Positions 32,821-41,880 of a stretch of 64,000 nt of DNA are shown one piece after another. Source of the DNA: Candidatus Bathyarchaeota archaeon (lineage in GTDB: Archaea; Thermoproteota; Bathyarchaeia; Bathyarchaeales; Bathycorpusculaceae). The notes under the pieces are model-generated. The model was not told the origin of the DNA and did not search any database. It worked only from the letters and a program-made list of their open reading frames with translations. Positions within the stretch are counted from its first letter, which is position 1, and the number at the start of each line of letters is the position of its first letter. The DNA lies in NCBI GenBank assembly GCA_963717465.1, contig OY970340.1, forward strand, positions 32,001 through 96,000, written 5' to 3'. Both the position numbers and the translations under genes were made by a program.

Positions 32821-33495
32821 ATGCTAGAACTAAAAGAGATAACTAAAATTTACGAAATTGGAAAAAACCAAGTTATTTCTCTTAACAATGTTAGTCTAAA
32901 GGTTAACGAAGGCGAATTTGTCTCAGTAATGGGTCCAAGCGGCAGCGGAAAATCTACTCTGCTCTACACAATTGGGGGACTGTTAACGCCAACAAAAGGG
33001 GAAGTTACAATTGGAGAAAACTCTATTTACCGCATGACTACTAAAAAACGCGGACAATTTAGACGCAAAAACGTGGGTTTCATCTTTCAAACCTTTGAAT
33101 TGCTTCCTTACTTAACGGCACTTGAGAATGTCATGCTTCCACTCCACTTAGCAGGCGAAAACTCAGCGAAACAAAAAAAAGCCGCCACAGAAGCTTTAGA
33201 GAAAGTAGGTTTAGGCAAGCGAGCAAATCATAAACCAACTGAACTAAGCGGAGGCGAACAACAAAGAGTTGCCATAGCAAGAGGAATAGTGAACAAACCA
33301 TCGATTCTCCTTGCTGATGAACCAACAGGAAACTTGGATCAAAAAACTGGCAATGAGATTATGCATTTACTGTGCGATTTGCATAAAAGCGAAAAACTTA
33401 CCTTAATCTTTGTTTCACATGACCCGGCAAAAGCTCAACTCGCTGACAGGATTATTCAAATGCTTGACGGACACACATTAACGAATGTCAACTGA
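32821..33495 (+). CDS. LolD/MacB-type ABC ATP-binding protein
   Basis: GPSGSGKST, LSGGEQQRVAIAR and LADEPTGNLD motifs. Confidence 0.95.
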   Translation: MLELKEITKIYEIGKNQVISLNNVSLKVNEGEFVSVMGPSGSGKSTLLYTIGGLLTPTKGEVTIGENSIYRMTTKKRGQFRRKNVGFIFQTFELLPYLTALENVMLPLHLAGENSAKQKKAATEALEKVGLGKRANHKPTELSGGEQQRVAIARGIVNKPSILLADEPTGNLDQKTGNEIMHLLCDLHKSEKLTLIFVSHDPAKAQLADRIIQMLDGHTLTNVN

Positions 33496-33598
33496 AATAA
33501 AAGTGCCAGCCACAGAATAATCGCTCATTATGTCAGTAACTTTATCTTTTACTTGCTCTGCCTGCTGCAATTCCCAGTTGAAGCTGCCAAAAACAGGT

Positions 33599-33660
33599 GG
33601 TGTACAGTTGAAATAGGCTGGTGTGTTGGCCGTAACCCGCCTTAGGGCTTAGTAACTTCT
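33599..33660. repeat. Direct-repeat copy of the rnpB 3' end (att-like)
   Basis: 33616-33639 ggctggtgtgttggccgtaacccg is identical to 34337-34360; similarity extends to ggtgt(a/g)cagttga. Confidence 0.88.
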
Positions 33661-33749
33661 TATTGTTTTATTAAAATCATTTTCAATCAATCCCTTTTTC
33701 TCTGCATGAAAAACTAAATTAAGCTATCTTTTCTCTATTCAGCTACACC

Positions 33750-34280
33750 TTGAACTATTCGAATGTTATATTCCCTCATTCTGTTGGTTTTAGTTGTAAA
33801 AAGTGTGGTGTTTGCTGTAAGATGCAACCGCCCGATGTTAGTATAGTGGAACAAAAGCTTATTGAAAAGAAAGGTTTTAGGAATTTTATTGATTTTATCG
33901 ATGAATCGGGGATTCGGTGGGTTAAAAGAAAAAACGGTGGCAGTTGTTTCTTTCTTACAAAGGAAAATAAGTGTTCAATTTACGATGTTAGGCCGTCTGT
34001 TTGTATGCTTGAGCCTTTTACCATAATTGATTACGACCCTGAAAAAAACAAAATAGCGTTAGCGTTAGACTTTCCTTTTAGTTGCTGCTGTGAAGGCGTA
34101 TGTACTGAAGGCGCTTTGCCGATTGAAATGATTGGAAAGGCTGCCCAAGTTGTTATGAACAAGATTTTGGAGTTAACGGCTAAAGAAATGGGTTTGCCTG
34201 TTAATGATAAAAAAGTTCGTTTTGCAGCTCGTGCAAAGTTGCTTCGCAGAATGATTGAGATAGCTGACCTCCAAGTATAA
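33750..34280 (+). CDS. YkgJ-family cysteine-cluster (CxxCxxCC) protein
   Basis: CKKCGVCC, CFFL, CSIYDVRP.VC..EPF motifs. Confidence 0.88.
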   Translation: MNYSNVIFPHSVGFSCKKCGVCCKMQPPDVSIVEQKLIEKKGFRNFIDFIDESGIRWVKRKNGGSCFFLTKENKCSIYDVRPSVCMLEPFTIIDYDPEKNKIALALDFPFSCCCEGVCTEGALPIEMIGKAAQVVMNKILELTAKEMGLPVNDKKVRFAARAKLLRRMIEIADLQV

Positions 34281-34335
34281 TTTCAGTTATGCAAGACAGA
34301 GCCCATGCCGGGGGAGTAGCGGTGTGCAGTTGAGT

Positions 34336-34660
34336 GGGCTGGTGTGTTGGCCGTAACCCGTCTTTTGTTGTTTGTGGCATTCGGCTAATCGGGCTACCCG
34401 CGCTTTCAGGTAGAGACTTCATCAGCGACTGTTTGCCCTTTCCACTTGCAGGACGGCCGTTTCACCGTTTCCAGATGGCATCTTCAGCAACTTAGCATGC
34501 TTCATTTTCACGCGCCAAGTGGACGTTTCGTTTCTGCTCCGTTGCCAAGGCTCTCGCCTTTCCCCGCAGTTAACAGGGATGCAATTCTACACGTGGACGG
34601 AGTTTCCTCAGACCCATCAAACTTTCTGGGTCCGAAAGCCACACACCAACTCGCCAGCCC
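34336..34660 (-). ncRNA. rnpB: Archaeal RNase P RNA
   Basis: Minus strand reads GAGGAAACUCC, GCAGAAACGAAAC, GGUGAAACGGCC and ACAAAAGACGGGUUAC in the canonical order; the ends GGGCUGG and CCAGCCC pair as P1; GC-rich. Confidence 0.93.
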
Positions 34661-34789
34661 AAATAAAAATGCACGGTTCAAAGCAATAAGAATTTCTAGG
34701 CACTTGACAATTACGTCCCAAAGAACCAAGCTTCCACACGAAAGATACATCAAAGGCATTCTTTCAAAAAAGCCGCTTAAATTATAAAT

Positions 34790-35683
34790 TTAGGCAAGCT
34801 CGCCTTTGGCAACAAGAAAAACTTTGCCGCCGACTAAAACCTCAAAACTTTCGCCTGCTTTTCTTGCTTTAAGCATGAGCAAGGATGACCGATTGATTTC
34901 GATGCCCTGCTCCACACAGATATTTACGTTATCGTTGCCAAAGTACTTGTAGTAAGACAGATAGCCTGCCAAGCAACCGTTGCCTGAACCTGTAGCTGGG
35001 TCTTCAGGTATGCCAAGCAGATCCACGAACACGCGCACATGCAAATCATTGCTCTGCTGAATGGTTTGGGGGCAAAAAACTAGTATGCCTAATTGATTTT
35101 TACAAGCGATTTCGGCAAGGTGCTTGATGTTTACTTGAGCACGCTTAGCAGCATCTAAAGTTTTCAAGGGTACGATGATAAAGGGTAAACCTGTAGATAC
35201 TTCTTGAATTGGAAATCGCTCATCAAAATCAGCACTTTGAAGCTGCAAAACCTTTGCTAACTGCGAAACTTCAAATTTCCTGCCGAACGCGGGTGGAAGC
35301 TGCTTCATCCATAAGACTTCCTCACTAGCTGGGGTCTCTTCGAATTTTACGGTTATTTGTCCCACTTTCAGGTTAAGTCTAACTTGATTTACGCTATTGC
35401 CAAGGACAAAATGCTTGATTACGTACGCAGTGCCTAAAGTTGGATGACCTGCAAATGGCACTTCTGCAGCAGGCGTAAAAATACGCACGTCATATCCACC
35501 TTCTCGCGCGTTATCTGAAAGAATGAAAGTTGTTTCTGAAAAATGCATTTCATTAGCTATCTTCTGCATGTCAACAGTAGACAGGCCCTCCGCATTCAAG
35601 TAAACAGCTAGTTGATTTCCCCCATACTTCTCCTGCGCAAACACATCAACCAAATAAAAAACCAGTTTATTCAACAAATTCAC
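34790..35683 (-). CDS. PhzF-family isomerase
   Basis: VDVF...GGNQLAV, SETTF, RIFTP..E.PFAGHPT and EDPATGSG motifs. Confidence 0.93.
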   Translation of the reverse strand: MNLLNKLVFYLVDVFAQEKYGGNQLAVYLNAEGLSTVDMQKIANEMHFSETTFILSDNAREGGYDVRIFTPAAEVPFAGHPTLGTAYVIKHFVLGNSVNQVRLNLKVGQITVKFEETPASEEVLWMKQLPPAFGRKFEVSQLAKVLQLQSADFDERFPIQEVSTGLPFIIVPLKTLDAAKRAQVNIKHLAEIACKNQLGILVFCPQTIQQSNDLHVRVFVDLLGIPEDPATGSGNGCLAGYLSYYKYFGNDNVNICVEQGIEINRSSLLMLKARKAGESFEVLVGGKVFLVAKGELA

Positions 35684-35752
35684 CGTTCAGCTAGTGCGCT
35701 TATCGGTTGAGCATCGGAATAGATAAAACTTTCTTCAAACAACACACTTGTC

Positions 35753-36344
35753 ATGAAGCAACGCATTATTCTCATAACGGGGACGCCGTGCATCGGAAAA
35801 ACAACAGTCGCTACAGCATTGGCAACCGAGCTTAATGCGGAATACATAAACCTTACCGACTACGCCAAGACGTACAATTTAATACTTGGCGAAGATAAAG
35901 AGCGAGACACCACTATAATCGATGAGAAAAAAATGCAGCAAAAACTCTCCGAAACCATAAAAGCATCAAAAAATGCCAACATAATCATCGACGGGCACTA
36001 CGCCAGCGCAGTTACACCTAAGGAGCATGTGGCTAACGTTTTTGTTTTGCGCCGAGACCCACGTGAACTAAAACAGTTCATGGAAAAACGGGGTTATTCA
36101 GGCAATAAACTCTGGGAGAATCTACAAGCGGAAATCATCGACGTTTGCCTCGGCGAGGCGGTTGAAGTGCACGCGGGCAGAGTCTGTGAACTTGGATGTT
36201 ACCGGCAAAATGGCTGAGCAAGTGGTTAACGACATTTTGGATGTTTTGGAGAAACGTAAAAACTGTTTCGTGGGCAGAGTAGACTGGTTGGGCATGCTGG
36301 AACGCGAAGGCTTAACTGACTCGTACTTGCGCGAATTAGAATAG
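35753..36344 (+). CDS. Adenylate kinase AK6/Fap7-type, with an apparent frameshift near 36190
   Basis: ITGTPCIGKTT, IIDGH, RGYS..K..EN..AEI; C-terminal LDVTG...VDW in the next frame. Confidence 0.88.
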
Positions 36345-36352
36345 TTATGAAT

Positions 36353-36715
36353 TTACCTGTATCCGTACCCGATCTTTTGTTTAGTCAAAAGCGTGACCTT
36401 GCGTCTATTCGAGTAAGATTTTGCGTGATCGCTAAATTTGTCTCCAATCATTATGGGATTAGACAATCCTACATCTTCAGTGGCAGTATCTAAATTAATA
36501 ATTACGTTAACGCCGATTGTTCGATTCCAATCCCTAACCCAAACAGGCTGTTCTATGCGTCCTTTTTGAACAATAAGGTCAAAATTGCGGGTTATACCGC
36601 TGAAGCCATCAAGAGCCGTGTTTTCACTGTTCACCTTGAACCCTTCCTTCTTAAAAAAGGAAATAGCAAGATCCAGTAACCCTGACCTAGGCTTAGCCTG
36701 CTCGCTTGTGCTCAT
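36353..36715 (-). CDS. Mrr-like PD-(D/E)xK-fold small protein
   Basis: FF.KEGF.V, GFSG...FDL, W.R.IGV.V and FS..AK motifs. Confidence 0.6.
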   Translation of the reverse strand: MSTSEQAKPRSGLLDLAISFFKKEGFKVNSENTALDGFSGITRNFDLIVQKGRIEQPVWVRDWNRTIGVNVIINLDTATEDVGLSNPIMIGDKFSDHAKSYSNRRKVTLLTKQKIGYGYR

Positions 36716-36782
36716 TTATATCGCTCTTCCCTAAACTGTTATCTATCTGTGTGTGGAAAAGGTTTTCGGAAGGCAACAACAA

Positions 36783-36989
36783 TTGGGCAAGACTGCGATA
36801 TTAAAATGCACCAAATGTGCCGGTTTAATGTTGGCACAAATAGGTTTGAAAACTAAAACTTGTCCGTACTGCGGCGAGCGTGTTGATTTAAGTCGAGCAC
36901 AAACACTAGCCAGAGCAGCAGACGCGTTTGAAGCCTCAAACATTCTTAAGAAACTGAAAAGTCAACAGCGCCAAAACCCAAAGAATTAA
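36783..36989 (+). CDS. DUF1922-like zinc-ribbon protein
   Basis: CTKC...KTKTCPYCG. Confidence 0.7.
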   Translation: MGKTAILKCTKCAGLMLAQIGLKTKTCPYCGERVDLSRAQTLARAADAFEASNILKKLKSQQRQNPKN

Positions 36990-37926
36990 CGAACGTGCTT
37001 TAGCAGCTCGCAGGTTTTGCATAGGTCCTGAGCGGATGGTTCGCCGCATTCTCTGCAAATTGTAAAATCTTCTTTGGCAACTGTTTCCTCAATGGCTGGC
37101 CTTAAGCGTTCCATAGTTTTTAGAATCGTGAACTTTGTCCCAGCATGTTTTTCCTCCATCCGATTAAGCATAGCTCTGAGGTCATTGCGCAAAGCCTCTG
37201 AAGCGTATGGGCAAGGCGTGTCTTGAAAAGGAATTTTTTTAACGTAGGCGTAAAGGGCGCTTTCTTTCTCAGGAATTTCGCAAAAAGGCTTTATCTTTTG
37301 AACAAGTAAGGGGTGAACCTCGCTCGTGAGGGGTTTCTCCTTGAATAAACGTGTGATGTCGCCTCGGAAAATATTCATAAGAATCGTTTGCGCTTCATCA
37401 TCCAAAGTGTGGGCAGTAGCAATCTTATTTGCCTTCACTTGCCTGAGCCGCAAGGTTTAAGGCTCTTCGCCGTAACACTCCGCAGTAAGCACAGGAAGTT
37501 AATTCCATCATGCCTCTTTCTCGTGCCCTGGCAATTATCTCATCCAATGTGAAACCGAAAAGCTCCTTAAAAGACACGATGGTGTGTGGAATCTCGAAGT
37601 TTAATGCAGTTTTCTTCTGCGATCTTTAAGGCTTCTTTTCGATAGCCTTTGATGCCTTCATCTACGGTGACCGCCATCAGCGTGGTTTTAGGTCGAAACC
37701 GCTTAATTTTTGCCATTATATGCAGCAGGCTAACGCTGTCTTTTCCGCCTGAAACCGCTACAGCTAACCTATCATCGAAACGAAGCATATGATACCTTGT
37801 AATCGTCGCTCTAACTTTTGCCTCAATCGATTGGGTAAAGCATTTTTTGCACAGTGTTTCACCTGAATATGGTCTATGAAAGAAAGCCTCATTCGTTTTA
37901 CAGGCAGAGCACACCGAAGCGTTCAT
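36986..37926 (-). CDS. tRNA 2-thiolation protein (TIGR00269/NcsA/TtuA), with apparent frameshifts near 37590 and 37450
   Basis: N-terminal CxxC pairs, AVSGGKDS PP-loop, CAYCGVLRR, TAHTLDDEAQT, CPYA and C-terminal CxxC...CxxC. Confidence 0.9.
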
Positions 37927-38003
37927 TTAAACAGTCACATATTAAATTTCCATCAAACCTAATTAAACAATTCACCAATATTTTCCTTTATCAGATGATA
38001 AAA

Positions 38004-38716
38004 ATGGCAATTAAACCCAAACGACACGCTGAATACAAAGAAGTAACATACAACGATGCACACTGGACATTACTTGCCGAGTTTCGGAAAAAAGCAATCA
38101 GCTTAATGGCATCTCTTGAGAATTTTCATTTGCCCGTTATTGTCCATGGAAGCATCGCAAGAGGCGACGTGAAAAAAGACAGCGACATCGACATTTTCAT
38201 AGCTGAACCACAAAATAGTTTTCTTGTTGAAACAGCCCTCCAAAAATCGAACGTGCCCATTAACGCTCGACTGTTAGTGCAAGCCACACCTTCCTACGCG
38301 ATAAAAGCGCATATTGAGGTTGACGAGAAAACAAGCGTTTCCTTTCCCCTTACGCCCCTACGAAGGGTGGAACGAGAGTTTTACAGGTTCGGCGGCGAAG
38401 TCAACATACATCAGCTTAAGGCTAATGCGATGTTCGTGTTGCAGGCGTAGATAAACGGCTAATGCTGATTGAACCAACAGAGAAGGGGCATAATGAAAGC
38501 AGCATAATAGGCAAAGAAGAGTACGCAGCTAAAACCCTGAAAATATCCACTGAAACAGTGCTTGACAGGGTTCATGCATTACTAAAAAGAGACACAGTTG
38601 GGAGGACAGGAGTTTTCCTAAAAAAGGAGCTAGATGAAAACGAAACTTTTGAATATGCGTTAAAAAAACTTTCGGAGGAAAACCCAGCAGTGCGCAGAAG
38701 AGTTAAAAGTTCTTAG
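38004..38716 (+). CDS. Archaeal nucleotidyltransferase-domain protein (COG2413-like), with a frameshift near 38430
   Basis: HGSIARGDV..DSDIDI, EFYRFGG, GVDKRL and R...GRTGVF motifs. Confidence 0.82.
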
Positions 38717-38722
38717 AAGTTT

Positions 38723-39292
38723 TTAAGATGGGGTGGGGTAGTAAATGAGCTCTTTTTCTTCAAGAAGCTTTTGTATTTTGTCAACTGCTTCGTAAACCTG
38801 TTCTTCTTTCTTTGCGCCGACGCAGACAAGTTTTCCAGCTGAAAAGATCAAGAACACAACTTTAGGTTCATCCATGCGGAACACTGCACCAGGAAACTGT
38901 TCAGGCTCATACATAACCCGACTGAGCTTATATACGAGACTTTCCAAATCGATTTCTCCGCCTAACTCTGCTGAAGCAACAATATTTTGAATATTCACAA
39001 TCGGCTTTTCAGTTATCTGTATGCCCTCGCCCCGCAGTTCTTTCACGACTTTTTCAACTGCACTGCGTGATTCTTTTTCTGATTTAGCACCTGTGCAAAC
39101 CATTTTGCCTGTGCCGAAAATCAAAGTAGCGGTTTTAGGTTTTTTAAGCCTGAAAACTAATCCTGGAAACACACTTGGATTATATTCTGTTTGAGGAAAC
39201 TTTTCCACGATTTTCTGAAGATCAATTTTTTGATTAAGTGACACAGAAGCAACGATGTTCTGTATTGAAATAATTGGTTTTCTGGTACTCAT
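38723..39292 (-). CDS. tbp: TATA-box binding protein
   Basis: Two repeats: IQNIVAS...YNP..FPGLVFR...LIFGTGKMVCTGAK and YEPEQFPG...LIFSAGKLVCVGAK. Confidence 0.98.
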   Translation of the reverse strand: MSTRKPIISIQNIVASVSLNQKIDLQKIVEKFPQTEYNPSVFPGLVFRLKKPKTATLIFGTGKMVCTGAKSEKESRSAVEKVVKELRGEGIQITEKPIVNIQNIVASAELGGEIDLESLVYKLSRVMYEPEQFPGAVFRMDEPKVVFLIFSAGKLVCVGAKKEEQVYEAVDKIQKLLEEKELIYYPTPS

Positions 39293-39465
39293 TTCACTTC
39301 ACATGTCTTAGGGTATTTAAATACTAAAGGAAGTATATATATAATGCCTTTATAAAGGAGATCTAAATTAGCTTCCTGCAAGGTATTAATTACGTTTTTA
39401 TATGTAAACCGAGAAAAAAATAAGTCAAAGATAGCAGTTCTCTTTGATTTTAAACAAGCGAAATA

Positions 39466-40356
39466 GTGGTTATAATGCTTCCTTTATATAACTTGACAGA
39501 TAAACACGAAGCGTGGTATAACATATCGCAGGATGGTATTACTACTGTAACTGTCAGAAGTAAAACCCGTCTTAAGCCAAGAGCAATCTATGCAGGTTTG
39601 GGTACATTATCGCTATATTTATCTTCACTTGGCAGAAGAGAAAATTGGAAATTTACCCCATCCCTTCCCATTCCGACAAAAGTACAGTATAACGAGAGAA
39701 CCGATGAGGGACAAAACCAAATAATCAATGTTTCAGTAAAAAACATGCTATTTCCAGCCACTGGATTAATCAAATCCAATGTCACAGGCGAAATCACGGC
39801 ACCGGCGGTTCATTTTGATTTACCCCACGCAAACGATCTATGGTTATTTATCCTAAGGTCTCCTTGGTTCCCAATTAGAATACAAGCCGAAAAATCCTCT
39901 CTCACTATCTCTCATGGATCAGCACAAGCCACCGCTCAAATTGAAAGCATTAACGCTGACCAAGATAAAAACCAAATTCTGAGGGCAAATGTAAGCGTTC
40001 ACGGCGAAGGCTTCAAGCACGTTCAACTAGTCATGGAAAGAACCGTTGGCATTATTTCGATGCAAGAAACAATTGGAAGCTTGAACCAAGAAATAGGTAC
40101 CTTCGTTTGGAAACCATCTCTGAGAGCATTTAATACTATGCTTTTAACCTTTTCTAACATGGGCTTGCCTGAATGTCTCGATTTCTTGAAAGCGTTAGGC
40201 GCTCAGACAAATCAAAGATCCTTTTCAGGAAGTGTTCTAGAGAACGATTTCCTCTTAAGTGATGGCCCAACCATAAATTATACGTTACAGTTGATAGGCG
40301 AGAAGCACATATTAGGGCACGAAAAAAGCGAAACCAAAATAATACTCAAACCCTAA
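39466..40356 (+). CDS. Hypothetical protein
   Basis: 296-aa ORF with no recognised motif. Confidence 0.55.
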   Translation: MVIMLPLYNLTDKHEAWYNISQDGITTVTVRSKTRLKPRAIYAGLGTLSLYLSSLGRRENWKFTPSLPIPTKVQYNERTDEGQNQIINVSVKNMLFPATGLIKSNVTGEITAPAVHFDLPHANDLWLFILRSPWFPIRIQAEKSSLTISHGSAQATAQIESINADQDKNQILRANVSVHGEGFKHVQLVMERTVGIISMQETIGSLNQEIGTFVWKPSLRAFNTMLLTFSNMGLPECLDFLKALGAQTNQRSFSGSVLENDFLLSDGPTINYTLQLIGEKHILGHEKSETKIILKP

Positions 40357-40542
40357 CATTTCATACGAACAAGTACATTTTTACAATAGTAAAATGATTG
40401 ATCTATAAGTTGTGCACTATTTTTTATGAAAGGAAAACAGTATTAACAAAACCAGTAAGGAAAAGCAACTGGCAATTTGAACAGGGAAGGCTATATTGAT
40501 TTGGTTTTGCGATGAGAAATGGTTTATTTCTTGTGTTTTTGT

Positions 40543-41664
40543 TTAGGTTACTGCTAAGTGTTGTCCGTTGAAAGTGATTGATTCAATTGTGTTCTCATCG
40601 ATTTGAACAACGTTTGACGGGAGAGGCACGTATTCTTCGCTTGGTGCAAGCTTTTGTCCATCATGCACGACCCACCAGAGAAACTGAACTTCTGCTGTAG
40701 CCATGGCTTGAGTCATGCCTGGAATAACGTTCAGTTCCTTGTAGACTAGCAGGTATGTGAAGCTTACTATGGGGTATGCTTGTGAATCGTTTGCGTTAAG
40801 CAGGCTGACAGTTGCCCAGCTCTCATCACCAGTTGGTAAGCCATTTGAAGAGGCGGATTGAACAGCATCCTGGAATGCGCTGAGACTTGGCAAAATCCAA
40901 TTGCCTGAAGGATTTTGAATAGCAGCTACGGTCATATTGTTCTGTAAAACATAAGATAGCTCGACATATCCAATAGCATAAGGCTGCCCCTGCACGACAT
41001 AAGCGACGCCAGAGTTTCCTTGGGCACCGATTGTTGAGGCTGGCCAAGTTACGGTTTTGCCTTGACCTATTGAATTGTTCCAGCTAGTGCTCATTTTGCT
41101 GAGATAACCTGTGAATATGTAGGTTGTTCCTGAGCTGTCTGCTCGATGCACTACTCGAATAGCCTGATCTGGAAGCGTAACGTTCTGGTTTAAGCTTTGA
41201 ATTTCAGAGTCATTCCACATCGTTACTTTACACTGGAAAATGTCTGCAATGACTGTGCCGTTTAGATGCAGGCCGCTATAGATTCCTGGTAGATTGTATG
41301 CAACTGTTACCCCGCCTATAGTTTCTGGAATATGAAGAACATTAGGAGCCTTAGCCATATCGGAAGCACCTAAGGGAGCATCAGAGGCGTCAAAATCATT
41401 TACCTTATTTTCTAAGTCGGTTATTCCAGTGCCGCTTCCGACTCCGTCGTAATTAATTTGGACGCTCGGATTAACATCAGTGGTATAATTCGATATCATA
41501 GCGGCAAGTAATGGCTGTGGGAAGGTAGCGCCTGCCCCATTTAGAGTTATGGATTTTTGAGTAGGACTGCTTGGTCGATTAAGGAATGCTCCTACGAGTA
41601 CGCCAGCAACAAGTGCAACAACAATTACTATACTGATAATAATAAGAATTGCATGTTTGTTCAT
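40543..41664 (-). CDS. pstS: Phosphate ABC transporter substrate-binding protein
   Basis: GAGATFP.P, GSGTG, ASDAPL, HRADSSGTT..FT, IGYVE and YPI..FTY motifs. Confidence 0.95.
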   Translation of the reverse strand: MNKHAILIIISIVIVVALVAGVLVGAFLNRPSSPTQKSITLNGAGATFPQPLLAAMISNYTTDVNPSVQINYDGVGSGTGITDLENKVNDFDASDAPLGASDMAKAPNVLHIPETIGGVTVAYNLPGIYSGLHLNGTVIADIFQCKVTMWNDSEIQSLNQNVTLPDQAIRVVHRADSSGTTYIFTGYLSKMSTSWNNSIGQGKTVTWPASTIGAQGNSGVAYVVQGQPYAIGYVELSYVLQNNMTVAAIQNPSGNWILPSLSAFQDAVQSASSNGLPTGDESWATVSLLNANDSQAYPIVSFTYLLVYKELNVIPGMTQAMATAEVQFLWWVVHDGQKLAPSEEYVPLPSNVVQIDENTIESITFNGQHLAVT

Positions 41665-41880
41665 ATTTTAGTCTATCCTGAAACTTAATACGCGATACAC
41701 TTGATTCAATACATGCATAAGTAGATTCCGCATATAAAATATATAAAACCCATGTTTTTAAAATAAAATTTCTTATTAAAAATTAACAATTCAGTTGCTT
41801 GAGGCATAAGCGGTTAATATGTGTTTTCTTATTCATTGGCACAAATGAACTTCATCGCAAAATTTGATGGTTGAAACCAC

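Noticed and set aside
34446..34787. ORFs 34446..34787 (+), 34508..34759 (-) and 34201..34422 (-)
   Set aside because: They overlap the RNase P RNA gene and have no protein motifs; they are spurious products of GC-rich structured RNA sequence.
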